Notes under the pieces: model-generated
What the model was told of the DNA's origin: nothing
Databases searched by the model: none
What the model saw: only the letters and a program-made list of their open reading frames with translations
Shown here: positions 47,661 through 62,049 of the stretch, in pieces
How positions within the stretch are numbered: position 1 is the stretch's first letter
Layout: the number at the start of each line of letters is the position of its first letter
Assembly: GCA_964035545.1 (NCBI GenBank)
Contig: OZ037767.1
Coordinates: 26,180,628-26,244,627, forward strand
Direction: 5' to 3'
DNA from: Bugula neritina
Taxonomy: Eukaryota; Animalia; Bryozoa
DNA length: 64,000 nt
Translations under genes and position numbers: made by a program

Positions 47661-50139
47661 TTAATAACTGGTGGTTTCATCACACAGTTGTTGAATAAGA
47701 TCTCTCACTTGGTGACTTCCTCCATTACGGGCTCCTAGACTGGCCACCATCACTCCTGATACTCCAAGTCCATAGTCTATCGCACCTCTTTTATTCAAAT
47801 TCTGTTTACCAATTTTACTATAAAGAAATTGTTTCACAATATATATGCAAATATAGATATTCGATGAAATAGCTAGAAGTTTGACAAAATTTTAATTACT
47901 ATTTTTGAAATTTTATGTAATACTACTAGTTGTAAATGTTTTAACCATTATTTATTGTTATATAGTTAATCTTACCTCTTGATGAAGTACAGGCGATAAG
48001 ACTTGAAGAGACACATCAGGGAAATGACCAGAGTAAAAACAGCATTAACAGATATAGCAATAGTTACTCCATACACCCAGATAAGTACAGATTTTATAAG
48101 AGGACCAGCAATGAATTGCAGAGTGTCATCTGGTACTACCATCTCCTGGGTTATCAAACACTGAACAGTGTATCTGTGGAGGTTTTGGCCAAGTCTTCTT
48201 ACCTACAACAATTTAGTGTTTGCAAAAGCATCCCATGTAGAAGTAATCATCAGAAGAAAAACTTTTGAAACTTTTTAAATCAAATGATTGTTAAATAAAA
48301 ACTAGGCATAATTGACCTTTCCTTTCATCAGATTTATAAACATAAAAAGCTAATTCCAGTTCAAGAAGAGTTCTTATCCCTACTTCAAGTTTAATATTGT
48401 AAATACCATAAGGTCTTTGCTGACGCAATGTTTAAACATCTTTTCATTCTTTAAAATTATCTGACTTAGAGTATACAGTTGTTGTTTGAACTGTTTAACA
48501 GTTTGAACAATCCTGTTTCTATTTGCCTCGGGAAAATATAATTAATACATGCAATCTAATTAAATGCCTTACCGCAAAGCTACACAAAACTGATGCGCTG
48601 GTATCTTCTACTTGGCTTATACTTTGTATAGAGGTGGTGGCAGAGCTGGTGTTCATCTGAGAAACTGCTTGAACATTGAGTACTTTCAGTATGAGAATCA
48701 CACAGACAATTACAGAGCCTAGCTTGGTGATGATGAGCCTGAAGATAATTTCACATAGTGCTGCATCTAACATATCTATTTACAAATGTATATAAACTAA
48801 AAGCCTAACTAAACTTGCTGCATTGTATAGCTTGCTGTGCTTATAGCATAGCTAAAATATCTACAAGTTCAATTCTTGTTGAAACAACCTTCCTTGCAGA
48901 AATAAAGTTTCCCTACTTGCTTGAGTTTCAAACTGATGGCTTATGGGTAGTTTTCAAAAACACTGTATATGACCCTTTAACAAAAGTTTCTAACGAATAT
49001 TATATTACTTAAGTATAAGTAGTAGGCAAATACTAAATTCTTAAAAATCTAACTTATATCTCATGTTCTAAATAAGCTATCTAGTCTAATCAATAACCAA
49101 AGTTTATTTCAATTACTACTACATTCCATATAAAAATATAATTTAATTAGCACAATATATACTTACCACAGAGCTAAGGTGAGACCCCTGTAGATGTCAT
49201 TAGGTTCATTTGAAGTATGAATAATAAACTCTGCGCCATCTAAACGCCCAGCTATCACCCTCCATAGAACTAGAGGCACTAAGCACAGGGCTGCTAGCAA
49301 AATCAGTGTCGGAAATGGAGCATCTGGGGTTGGAAATAAAGAGTTGATATCCACCTAGATTTGCCAGAAAAAAAATTTGTTTATAATTACTAATTTACGG
49401 ATAAATATCATGTTAAAAACCAATTCAATTTGTGCTGCCCAAGCCCCACAGCAACTTTAGTTTGGTTTAATGTACTTGAGAATGTGATGAGGAAGCATGA
49501 AACAAAAAGTTTGAAAAATAATTGTCATCTTACCGGGCGATAAAGTTCATCCAAGTCAAATTCTGTTAGATTACTTAAGGGAATATTCAGATTAAGATCG
49601 TCATAAAGTTCTGCATGTCCACTGAGGCAGTATTTGTGCCCGTAATCAATCCAGTTATTGCTGAACTCTGCAGGCATAAAACAGTTGATACTGTTTTTTG
49701 TAGCTGCAGCGCTCAGGGAGGGTGATGTAAATATCAGAATTACTGCAGTGATAGCCAGAACTATTGGAGTCACTAGATACAGAAGCAAGTCGATAAGGTT
49801 GACATCCCAACTCAAGCTTCCAATGCTGCAAGAAAAGTAAAACAGCCATTAAAGTAAAATACAAACATTTGGTTTTTGGAATCTTAAAATAAACTTTGCT
49901 ATGCAGTATGAGTATTACTATTAGTTCAGTAAAGTTCACTATCAGTATGAGTATCAGACTCAGACTATCAGTATCAGACTCAGACTATCAGTATTACTAT
50001 TAGTACTCAGTAGCATTTCATTAAAATTATAAATATATAAACAATATGAAACATACCGTGCTTGAAAACGCGCAGCTGGTGGCAATTGAGGTGGTTGTTC
50101 ATTCTCAATCATTTTCTCATCCACAGTTACAAGCTTCAT
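47661..50139 (-). CDS. Divergent innexin/pannexin-like 4-TM protein, paralog B (6 exons)
   Basis: IDLLLYLVTPIVL, INCFMPAEFSNNWIDYGHKYC, PLVLWR, VLCSFAVR|RLGQNLHRYTVQC; same exon layout as paralog A. Confidence 0.78.
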
Positions 50140-51171
50140 TTCAAAGTATTACACGGTGACTGTAACTGATAGTGACTTTAGTACTAGTATTTGTTAGCTA
50201 GGAGGTGCAGTTGATGCGAACACTGCACGCCAAGGTCAAAGTACTCTAAGAGGGTTAACTCTTTTAAAAGGCAAGTTTAGCCTTTGGTTCTAAACTATTT
50301 TTCACCCCTTATCTTTTGAGCCTGCCTTCAGATTGACAGTATGTTACCATTAATCATGTTCGCAATACAGCTGCTATTGGTTGATTCTATAAATAACATC
50401 ATAGTATGCTTTTATCACTTCATTGCAGCAATGATTCATGCATTGCTCTAAGGGTTTCGAAATAGCTGCATCTATTAGAAAACAATGTACATAGAGTGCA
50501 GAGTTTGGACTGTAATAGAGGGCCCAATATCTATGATTATACCTACACAAATACTTTGTAATTTTCATTACCATAACAATGTCAATAAGGAAACTAAGTT
50601 GAGCAATTTAAAGATAATATAGACTTTGTTTCTCAACTGAGAAGAACTGTACGTAAATGCAGGCTTTTGTTCTATAATATATTATTTAGTGGCTTCATCC
50701 ATATACCATTTTAGAGCTTAGGCTGATCAGGAATCTTCTAGTTCACTTTTAATCTAAGACTAGAAAATGCATTGATAAAGTAGAGTATACAAATCTATAT
50801 ACAAGTAGCCTATAAACATCAGTTCATCCAATGTACTTTGATTTTCAAATAATGAAGCATGTGCTGGGTTGGCTTATTAACGTTCAGAAGCATTTGGCTA
50901 TTAGAAAATCAACAATATTGGATTACAATGTGAGGTCTCAAGCCTGCACGCTACATTGAATACAAATTAGTTAACTTAACTGAAAAATATTCAATAAAAT
51001 TTTAATATATTTACTTTCAGTTTTCATTATAAAGTGATTGGTCTCTCAGCCTAGCTATATATAGCACAAGTTTGCCAGTATGTTGCTATTTTTTATCATG
51101 AAAATTTATGCATTATGATGTCTCTGCAGTTTTACTTTATAGCTATTGCATCATTTTTATTTTAATGAAAA

Positions 51172-51501
51172 TGTAGTGTTAAGTTTACCCAGTGGCCTCC
51201 GTGGTGTAATGGTAGCACACTTGCTTGCAAGCCAGAAGACTCGGGTTCGATACCCAGTGGTGGCAATTATTTTACAAGCTATTTCGGCCTTTACTGAAGT
51301 GTAGTCGTAGTACTCCGAGGGATTTGAGTGGCCAGGAGAGCCTGATGACTGAAAGAGTAGTAGATAGGCCAGTGGAGTTCAGAGAACTGGGTGGGATGTA
51401 GTGTTCAGTTTACCCTGTGGCCTCCGTGGTGTAGTGGTAGCACACTTGCTTGCAAGCCAGAGCACTCGGGTTCGATTCCCAGTGGTGGCAACTATTTTAC
51501 A
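51172..51501 (+). mobile_element. 330-bp non-autonomous LTR element (TRIM-like) with tRNA-like sequence in both LTRs
   Basis: LTR1 51172-51276, internal 120 bp ending in purine-rich GAGAACTGGGTGGGA, LTR2 51397-51501; flanks GAAAA/GAGAA (4 of 5 TSD match). Confidence 0.85.
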
Positions 51502-51890
51502 GAGAATCAAAGTAAAGTTATATCATTCTAATTATATTAGTTGCATTTGACAAACACATAACTCTGAACAACACAATTAAACGAAGTGCTAGCAGAAAGA
51601 TGTAATCCAAATACTGAAACATGTAGAAACTAAACAGCTGTCACATGACAAAGTGTCGAGTATAATAATGTAGTATTTTTTTATAAAATGGAATTGAGAT
51701 TTCAAATGTCAAGTCAATATATGATTTGTCACACTACAAGCCAACACTTAAACTTTGTATGTCAGCTTTACATTAAATAAAAATACTTCACTCAAAGAAA
51801 AACCAGCAGTAGAAACTCCAATGTTTGGTATTATTGAAACAAATTAAAGTATCAAAATGAAGCCGGTAGTAAGAGTTGGGGCTGGCAGAA

Positions 51891-54800
51891 TTATCTTCTG
51901 AATTTCCTCGCTTTCTTAGCACTTGGTTCACCACTGTGGGAGTGCAAGTACTCTATGCACTTAGTCGATTTGCATTGCTGTGCCTGTAATTGTCAAGTTA
52001 AATACGCTACAGCATGAACCCTACTCTGTAAAACCAAATTATTAGAAAATCTACTAACCAAAGCTTGTAACATCAAAATTCTCTAAAATCAATCAATAGC
52101 AAATGTTTAATTTTGCAACATTTTGTATCAAAAAAGAAATAGTAGGTAATATTATGGATGTGAAGTGACATTCGGGATTTAAAATTGATAGACAGTGTCA
52201 AACAGAGGTTAAAAATAAAGATTCTACTGACGGATGAATCAATATCATTTATATATGGACACTCCTATATTTCTGATGTGTTAAAAACATGTACATATTT
52301 GCAAGCACTGTACTTCATAATATAAACTACACAACAACATACATTGATTTTTGCAAATATTAACTCTTATTAACTTTTGTCAAATTTTACGAATTAGGTG
52401 CTGTAATGGAGAAATTGAGACAAGCCTGTGTTCTAGATTAGAAATTTAGCATGAGAAGTTATGTTCTCGCGAAAATTTCAACCATGACCCAAACTAAAAT
52501 GCAATAATAAAGTTAAACAACTTATAGGCTATCTCAATTTCTTCACCACTGCACCTAAATGGATTCTGCATCGTAGTGTAGTACTTGTGTAGAAAAATTT
52601 GCGACAATTTTGCTTTACCATTTCTAAAGGCGTCTTGGAGCTGTAGTCAGCAGCTGTCATGGAGGCACCAGCAGCAGCAAATGCTTTCAACAGATCCACA
52701 TCATTACGAGCAGCAGCTCTAGAATGAAAATAGCTTTCACTGAACAAGAACAGAGTTCTGCTATCTGAAAACATCAGAGCAGCAATGGCTAGGAAATGGA
52801 TACAATTTTCAAATATTTAAAGCGGAGAATAAAACATAATTTTAGAGTATCTGGACTGTTGAATCAACCTGTATAGCTGAGATTTACTAGTTTAATAACA
52901 CTGACTTGTTGAGTTCAACTCCGAGTTCTGTTGAATCCATAGTCAGGTGAGCTCCATGTCTGGACAACAACAGAACATTCTCCATCTTTTTGGATTGTAC
53001 AGCTTCAAGAAGTGGAGACCTTCCCAATCTACAGCACCAGAATAACCATAAAATAGCTTCTTTAAATTTCTTTAAATTTTGGTATAACGAGATCTAGTTA
53101 TTGCAAAGGCAAAACAGAGAAATCGGACCGAATCTGGTTAGTATAGGAGAACAGGGGGATAAAACAAGGTGAAGGTTTAATCACTAAAAAAAGAAAAGGA
53201 AAACAAAAGAAAAAAATGAAGAGAAGGAATATTAGTAACAATAATTTATGTTTAGCTTACCGGTCTCTTGTCTGAACTGAAGCCCCTTTCTTTATGAGAT
53301 CTTGAATTATGTCCGTTTTACCTTCTATTACAGCAAAATGCAAAGCTGTTTTCCCCTCGCTGTTTTTAAGTCTTAAAACTCCAGGCTGAAATATAACATA
53401 ATTATACAGATAGATAATTGACAAGAAAAATAATAAATTGTAATTAAGCAAAGTACAACAACTTTATGGCAATTAATCAATTCTTTTATGTAAAAGGTAT
53501 TACAAAACGGTGATCAGGTTCATAGGAATTTTAATTTTTGCCAACAAGTCTATTTTTTTTATAAAATCAATAATGCTGCTCTTTTAATTTTTAGTGAAAA
53601 GCTTCTAAAATATGGAAACTTAGTGAGACAGTTAAACCATCACTTCAATTAGCATATATATCAAGATTTGTAATGAAGGATATATCATATATACCATCAC
53701 TTTTAAAACAAAATTTTCTTGCAAACTTATACCATATTGTACACAATCAAATGCACCACTGTCCACTGCATAGTTTACAACATAGTTAACTGAGTTTAAA
53801 GCTTTATCAAAACAAATTAAATTAAGAGTTGTCTGACTAATCCTCTGGCATGTGGCATGGCACTTATACTATAGACTGCAGGTAGGCAGCCATAGTAAAA
53901 TTTTTGTGCAAAAGTGCTAAGGTTTTAATTGATCATTATGTTGTGCGTCTGCATTAGTATTGTAAAAAGGTGTAATATTTGTATTACTGTTGTAAACAGA
54001 TTAAAATGCTTTAAAATGTGAAGAGTTCAAGTGCTATCAGCTTCTTTTGCTTTCATATTTTTTTGTCTCGAGCATTAGGCGTCAAAAGCGTAATCATCTA
54101 GTTTTGTTAAATTGTCTTTTCATTTTTTGGAATTCATTAACAACAGTACTAACAGCATAGTATAGCTCATATCTCATTTACTGTAAAATTGGGCCATTTT
54201 ACTTAATTTAGTACACACTGGATATCTTCAGTTTTTGGCTATTTTTCACAATTTAGCTGGTAATGAACATGGTCTTTTGGCCAAAACTAGTAAAACACCA
54301 ATAAATACACCTAAATAATCAAAGTTCTTTTTAATTTTGCTTTATTTCCTATGTTTTTTCCTAATTATTCAGCTAGTTTTGGTTATGGACCTTTACGGTT
54401 TTTTTCGTAACGGTCCCCACATATAGAATATTAAGTGCATATGACAATGACCTGTGCTTTAATGTTGGGGAATCCCCTCCCAGCCTTTTCTGTTATGCGT
54501 AGTTAAAACCAGCACAAAAAAATACCATGTATAGTGAATTTCAATTGATTTTGAGCAAACTTTAATGTTAGGTCATAAGTTGCTGGTGTGTATTAAATGA
54601 AGTAAACTGACTCGTTTGCCTATTCTTTTTATTGGACTTTTTTGTACAATACGTTGATCCATTAGCTCTCTCAAGTGGTTTAAAAGTCTTTACTATTACG
54701 AAAGTCCACAATAAACACAAATCCGCAACACCTATACCATCTTACCAATGCTGGTGCCTAGAGTAAAAAACAAAACTGATTGTATAACCAGTGCACTATT

Positions 54801-57800
54801 GAGAGTTGTGAGGATGGCAGTGAAGCAGCAGAGGTGTAATAACTATTGGGAAGACTCAACAGTACTATTTGGCAGCACGTCTGCTACATTACTTGGATAT
54901 CGATTGAACGCAGTTTCTAGAGATATCTGCATCTCCTATATACACATTATATAGTGTATAATATATTGATATTGTACCTCCTTTTTGCAGATGTCTTCAA
55001 TTGCACTTTTGTCTCTCTTTTTAATAGCCAATTGCAGTATGGGAAGGTAGACGGCCTCTTTCAAGTCAGCAGTGCTCTGAATTAGATAGCATTATCTCAT
55101 TCAATATTTTCACTTATATATTTAAATAACTTATGACTCTATAATGATTCTAGTTATTCCCATTTACTGCTTCAGCTAATTTCACATTTGCACATAATAT
55201 ATAGGAACACAATTTTTATGAAGTCAAAAACTGTTTTGCCATTTTGTTGCAAATATTTGCATATGTTGAAGTTGATCTCTCACCTGCGCTGCTCTGGCAA
55301 CAGAACAGTCAATTCCAACAGCTGACAATGTTTTGGTCACAGATTTGCTGCCAAGTGGTACAAATGTAAGTTCCCCTCTTAGGTCATATGGAATTAGCTT
55401 CAAAAAAATTATATACATTTGCAGTTTTTATTCTTGTAAAGCTTTTATAAGATTTCGCAACACAAAATACAGCTATGATTGTTATATAATTGTTAAGCCT
55501 ATAATTGGTGCATGTACATGTCTTTAAATGTAAATATTATGTGTATGTATTTAATATTATTTAGCAACAGCACATCTTTGTTGCAGCAAAGAAACTGAGC
55601 TCAAATTGATAGAAATTATTTGGCAGCTATGGTACTATAGTTGGACAACTAGCATATCATCATGCATATCTCATACCGATTTTATCAACTCTGGAGAATC
55701 TGGATATTTAGCAATGAGGTAAGAAAGCTTCATAAGAGATGCCTCTGTAGTCATATCTCCACCAGCAACGACCCCAATGCTCTCTAACACCTTCAACATA
55801 GCAAAATAAGCACATATATGTTTGCAAGTACTTAGGTATTTTACACATATACTATGAAGCAAGGAAAGTGATTTATGAAAAGGTCATGTATGTTGTATGA
55901 TTACTGTATAATTATTGTATATCATATATTTATTTATTTGTTCCTTTTAATTACTTCTTATTAATTAATTAATATCTAAGTAATTCTTAATTACTTCATC
56001 CTAATTACTTAATTACTTACATATAGTTTTTGTTCTAGTAAAATGTTTAATGGATAAAACCTTCAGCTATTGTTAAGAAGTTTTAAAGGTTGCATAGTAG
56101 GCATGTTTATCAGACAGAAATTTATTTCAAAATATGCACACCCTATTATTGACATTTGACTTCTACCTACCGCTCCAGCTGCATAGCTAAAGACCACGCC
56201 TCCTTTCAAGCACTGAGTGTTGTCTACCACAACAACACCACTAGTCACTGCATCCTCAATTGCGTCCAACAAGTCTTGATTGTTGCTTGGAAAGTTGCCT
56301 GCCCCATAGCACTGTAGGACAACTCCTATATAATTGCATAAAAGTATGATAACATAATCGCACTTTGCTCAATCTGCTTACTATGTCTTACAACTATAGT
56401 AGCATGAAATGTCGCACAATAAAAAGTAATTTCTCAGAAAGTGTGTGCAAACAATGTGCGAATTGTTTATGATATTTGAATCCATGCACAACTCAAAGCT
56501 TTGGGTTGTAAAATCGAGTGCAGCTACAAATTGAAAGTATAATTCTCATCTCACACAACAGTGGAATTAAAATATTTTCTCAGCTTTTACTAAACTTTGT
56601 ATTTGTGAGCCATAAGTTATTTTAATGAAAAGTAAAGAAATAGAAATTGTCAATCTTTGCATGGGAATAATAAAGCCTAGCATATCGAGCAGTCACTTTG
56701 TAGAAGCACATGTTTTTCATTCAAGTATAGGAAAAGGTAGAAAACTACATGCTTTAAGATTGCAAAGAAACTCCTGCCTTTTAAGTGAGTTTATATAGCT
56801 GTGGCCTAAAATATTTTGAGGCTATAACTGCTGTACGTCATTGACCCGACTGGACATAGGAACATGCTCGTAGTTAGAAAACAAACCTTTGACAGGAGAA
56901 GCGAGTGCGGCTGTTAGTAAGGCAAGAGACATGTCAGGGTAAAGTCGAACTACAGCGATGTTGGGAGAAAGATTTTTGTAGCCAACAAAAGCGTTACTAG
57001 ATGGCTCCAAGATAAGGTCTTCATCCACTAAGTTTACAAAGAAGCATACGCAATATTTTAGAGACGGTCAAAACTTCGGCGTAGGAATTAAGTCATTTAA
57101 TTGTGGAACCTGTGCTAGATATATTTTTGTTATTTCAAATATGAGACATACTTTACAATTTTGGGTGACACCTAGCTTATAATATATGTATAAGTATAAT
57201 ATAAAGAATTAATGCATCAAATATTGAATATGTTGTGATGTGTTACCTGAGATGTTGACCTCAACCTCTCCAAGAACTGGAAAATTAGGAGATGCGTAAG
57301 CTTCCAGAGTTTCAGCGGATATCTTAGTAGTTCTGTTTCCTCTCAGTAGTTGAGAATCAAAAAACAAGCACACCTGAAAACACGAGAGTACTTGTTTGAC
57401 ATATATGAACTTAGGCTACCTCGGTTACTAGATACAGATTTCTGCTGTCTCTATAACGTCTTCAACTCAAATAACTCCTCAAATAACTCCCTTATAGTCA
57501 CATAGAAATGACGGGACCAATTGAATACTGGATAAGATTTATGCAAATGTATTATTGCAAAAATGTAGATACACTTTTAAGCAGTTACTCACAAACTAAA
57601 TGCATCTAAATTTGTGTTGGCAATACTTTTTATTTGCCCTCCGCTTTGAAAAAAACCGATTTCTATAAAATAGTGTGAGACAATTGATTCGCTGCATTAA
57701 TTTAAAAAGCAAGTGTCTGTTTTCTGTAAAAGTTTGACAACAAGTTTTATGGGTGTCAGTGTGATACCTCAGGGATGTCAGAGTATTGACCTGCCATCAG

Positions 57801-59693
57801 CAACGAACCAGTCAGATTATCTCTGGCATCAGTTCTGGTTTCATAGATTGGAATTTGAGATCCTGCAGAATATATTTGAGTTTTGAAACAATATTCTATA
57901 AATGAAGCATTACAATTATTGTGCAAGTGTGGGTGTGTCTGTGTATGCGTATAAAATGTCATAACATATAATAAACAGTAAATTGTCTACATTTTTTTAT
58001 TCATATTTTGAATGATGCATTTAATATAATATTATCACTTTGGCTGTTATATGATTTTGATTCTATAGCTATAGCTACATTTTACTTTTTGCTTTAGATC
58101 CATGTTGTATTGTCAACTGTTTTGGTGCTTGATCATGTGGATATTATAATTTTAGTTTACTAAATACTAGGCACTGATATAAAAATAATTAATAAAAAAT
58201 TGTTATAAAAATAAAAATGAATTACGAAAGAAATAATATAAAGATAATAGTTTATCAACCAACAACCATAATTTTAAAGAAAGGATTTGTTTTAAACCAA
58301 AAAAGAACTGTGCAAATCATCTCACCGGTTATAATGACAACCTTCTTCAAGTTTTCTAGCGAAAAAGACAATCCAGATGCACTGTAGGCCATAGTATCAG
58401 TTCCATGAAGAATGACAAAGCCATCATATGCATCATAGTTGGTCTACTCAATACATGAACTTCTATTACATGGTATTTACAAATAATCCTTTCACAACCA
58501 GGGTACCTTCTTCAGTGATTTATTATAATACAAGTTGCACATCAATTAGTAAAAACTGGAAAGAGTATTAAGAAACTATATTACAATGCATGTATTTTCT
58601 ATATTATTTTTTTTGTGAATTGTAACTTGTATAACTATATTGATATGAATTTCATGGGCTGTTATTGAGTGTATGTGTATGTAGAAAAATATATCCAATA
58701 AATGTAGTCAGTTAAAGTAGTTGTGCTACAAGCATCACATATAACAACATAATGCTATGTTTTACAGTATACAGCAGATATAGCAGGTTGACCCAAGTAA
58801 AAGCTCATGCTAAGATTTTTGTGAGCTTACTTTGCTAGAAATATTATGTTCACTCACAGAGATAGTGTCAGCAATTTGCATCATCACATCAGTAGTCATG
58901 TTGGAGCTGTCCAATAAGTTGGTATACTCATACATGGTGTAAGTAAGATATATTGGGTTCTCTTCTGTTGTATCTTTTGTTATAATTCTAAAGTATAGTA
59001 TATATAAACCTGCTCATTACACAAGTTTTATTGGCTTATTATTATTTGGCTTAATATACCTTCAAAAATAGTTCAAATAAAATAATGTTTAGACTTACGG
59101 CAAATACATCGGTGCATACAAAGTGTTAGTGTCGTCTGCAACTCTCTTGTTTGGCAGTTTCCTTTTTGTTGCGGTTGGAGGGACGTAGTCAGGGTCATTG
59201 AACAGTGAACTGTTATATAGGTATCCATGTAGCTTTCCAGGTACATTATCGTATTCTGAAAGTACAAGTGAGTAAAGAGTATTTGCTTCAAATTGTTTAC
59301 CAACAATATGCAGTGTCTTTTTTATTATTTTTATCACCTTATTTGTTAAACTTTAATATTAGCCTATACTTTTTTATGATGCTATAATTTTATAAAAATA
59401 AACAGTCGTCATCACTTTATGTAAACTAAGCTAAAGATATTTTTACCAAAGTAAAACTTTGCATATTGTTTTGAAATATAATTTTATTGTTTTACAAAAG
59501 TAAATAGTTTGCTACAAAACTGCTGCATTCTCAAAATCTTACCTCCGTCATCATTGGGAACCATTCCTATCGTACCGCCTGTATAAATGAGCATTACATT
59601 TCCATAGCTAACTGAGCTGTCACTTAGAGAAGTTGTTTTCATGGCGTGTGCCCTTTTCGTATTTTGTGTTCTCGACCTGACAGAAGTCATCAT
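51891..59693 (-). CDS. ASPG: L-asparaginase / 60-kDa lysophospholipase with C-terminal ankyrin repeats, multi-exon (5' start approximate)
   Basis: [29 protein letters not shown]|[44 protein letters not shown]; ankyrin GKTALHFA and KTPLE. Confidence 0.92.
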
Positions 59694-62049
59694 TTCAGTC
59701 TTTTTAGAGCTAAGTGTAAACACCTCAAGCTTTGACAACAAGGTATGTTGCAATGACTCAAATTAGAATGCCTGCAAACATTTATGCAAATGTTGAGAAG
59801 CACAATAATAAACTCGATCTGAACTGCCAGGGGTGTATTGTTCAAAAAGCATTTGCTAATTAAGAAGCTAATCAGAAATTTGCAAAAACCTGCTACATAG
59901 ATAAGTTATAAATAAAAAATGTTTTTGTCTAGCTAGAACAACAAAAGTAGAGCTGCACTTGAGCAATGTTTACTGACGGAGGCAGAGGCTATTGATTAAC
60001 AAAAATATCACCTCCCAGATGTTTTGATTAAATGCTATTTGTGCACTGATGTCTTCAAGTGGTAATGTGTATTTTTCTAAGATGCATTTGCTGAATGTAA
60101 CACCTGGAGTTTCTTTTTTTTAAACTAGATAAATAATAAATGTCTAACTTGTTTGACAATAAAATTTGAAATGTACTTGGGTACTGTGCTTACCAACTTA
60201 TTGACTATTGATTTTATACATGATTTCACATTTTCATTGTTTTTATTTAGTGTCATTTAGTGTAATTATTACTCTCTCAAGAAGTAGAAACTGGTTGTAA
60301 GAGCAAAGTGTGGGTCAAACAACTGTCAATTACTGTGTTGCTGCTTTATCGCTATATATACTATATATGGATAAACAACCAAACTTACTGATGTACCTTA
60401 ATGCAGTCGAGTAAATCAATGTAGCTTCTATATGTGGAAAGTAAACACCCATGTCTTATTAAATAGGCCAGTCACAAATAATAAAATGTCACTACTTTTG
60501 GAAGCAGAACTTAGGTATACCTAAGCTATAGCTACATTCAAGCCATATGAGAAATAGAAGGCGATAAAAGACAAAAAGTCACAGACACTGATTAGCTTAA
60601 TGTTACAATTATACACAAAATTGCAAAATCATCAGTATTGTACTATATATTGCTGATGAAAAGAAGAGATATGTTCTCAAAGAGTAGCAAGTAGTTAAAT
60701 TATTTTTAATGCTGTCTAAAAGTTAATCATTTCTTACAAATTTAAAGGAGGGAAAAAGCAATAAGTGGGACAAAATCCTTGTGCACATTATTGTTATGGC
60801 AAAATTTTCAACTGTTAACTTTAACCAATGCTACGTGCATAAGAATATTTCTGCAGTGAAAAAATCCCCATGTGAAGGTAGATGTATAGATTTATAGAGC
60901 ATTTACCTCATGTTCAAACCTGTTGATCAGCAGAAATGTTGCTTTTTCCTTATACAAAGTTTAGAATAAGAGTCAGACACTCCAGCTGTTTTGTATTGAC
61001 TTAAGCATCTGTCCACATATGCAAGTATATATTAACAAGGCTAGCACTATTCTAAATGCATGTGTAACAGAACTAACAAATTCTTCAACTATAAACATTT
61101 AACAAGATTTAATGTAAGAATGTCGATCTATGCAAATTGCAGCAGAAAGCAGCAAAGAGCAGCACTAGGTCTGGCAATTTCAATGGCAAGAATTTACATT
61201 ACCTACACAATTATAAAAAAAGTGTTTAGTGATTCAATGCCAGGTATTTTTATATGCCTACTATTATATGGTAGGCAGGTGTGACTTTATTATGTGCTAC
61301 TTGTGCATGCCACCAGTTTAATGATTAACGAATAATCAAATACAGAGCTTTGTCAAAAGAAGCAAAACCTAAATACTCAGAATGGCATAACGCTACAAAT
61401 GGTACTTTTCCATTTTCCATAAATTTACACAAATTGCAACTTAATGCTGTATAACACATGTCTACAATTATTTTCCCTGAAGCTTTATTATATTTAATTT
61501 TTGGTTTTCATGATAAAGCAAATGGCTCTCTTACTAAAATTTGCATGTTGCTCTGGTGCTATTATTAGTTATTATACAAACATCATTAGTCTATATAGTA
61601 TATGTTTCTGCAATTTAATCACATTATGTAATTGTTACAATTTTTACTATAACGTAAATCAAAGTTAAGTTACGTCAGTATAATTATGTGAGTCTGTGTT
61701 GTTAGAAACCACGTGACTCTGTGTTAAGATGTAGTGCACAGCAATTCCAAATAAAAACATGTAAAAACTAGACAACTAATACAGTGTATTCATTTATATA
61801 ATAATTGAGAAAACAAAGCAAACGCAGGGAATATTTTTTTATAAAACTAAGTTGACAAACAAAATGCTAAGTCAATATATATAACTTGTCACACTAAAGC
61901 CAACATTTACGAATTGCCTGCACATGTCAGTCTTGCATAGAATAAAAGTATTTCACTCTAATAAATTCAACAGTAGAACCTGTGATGTTCTGGTATTATT
62001 AAGAGAAGTTAAAGTATCAAAATGGAGTCAGCAGTGAGAGTTGGCAGAT

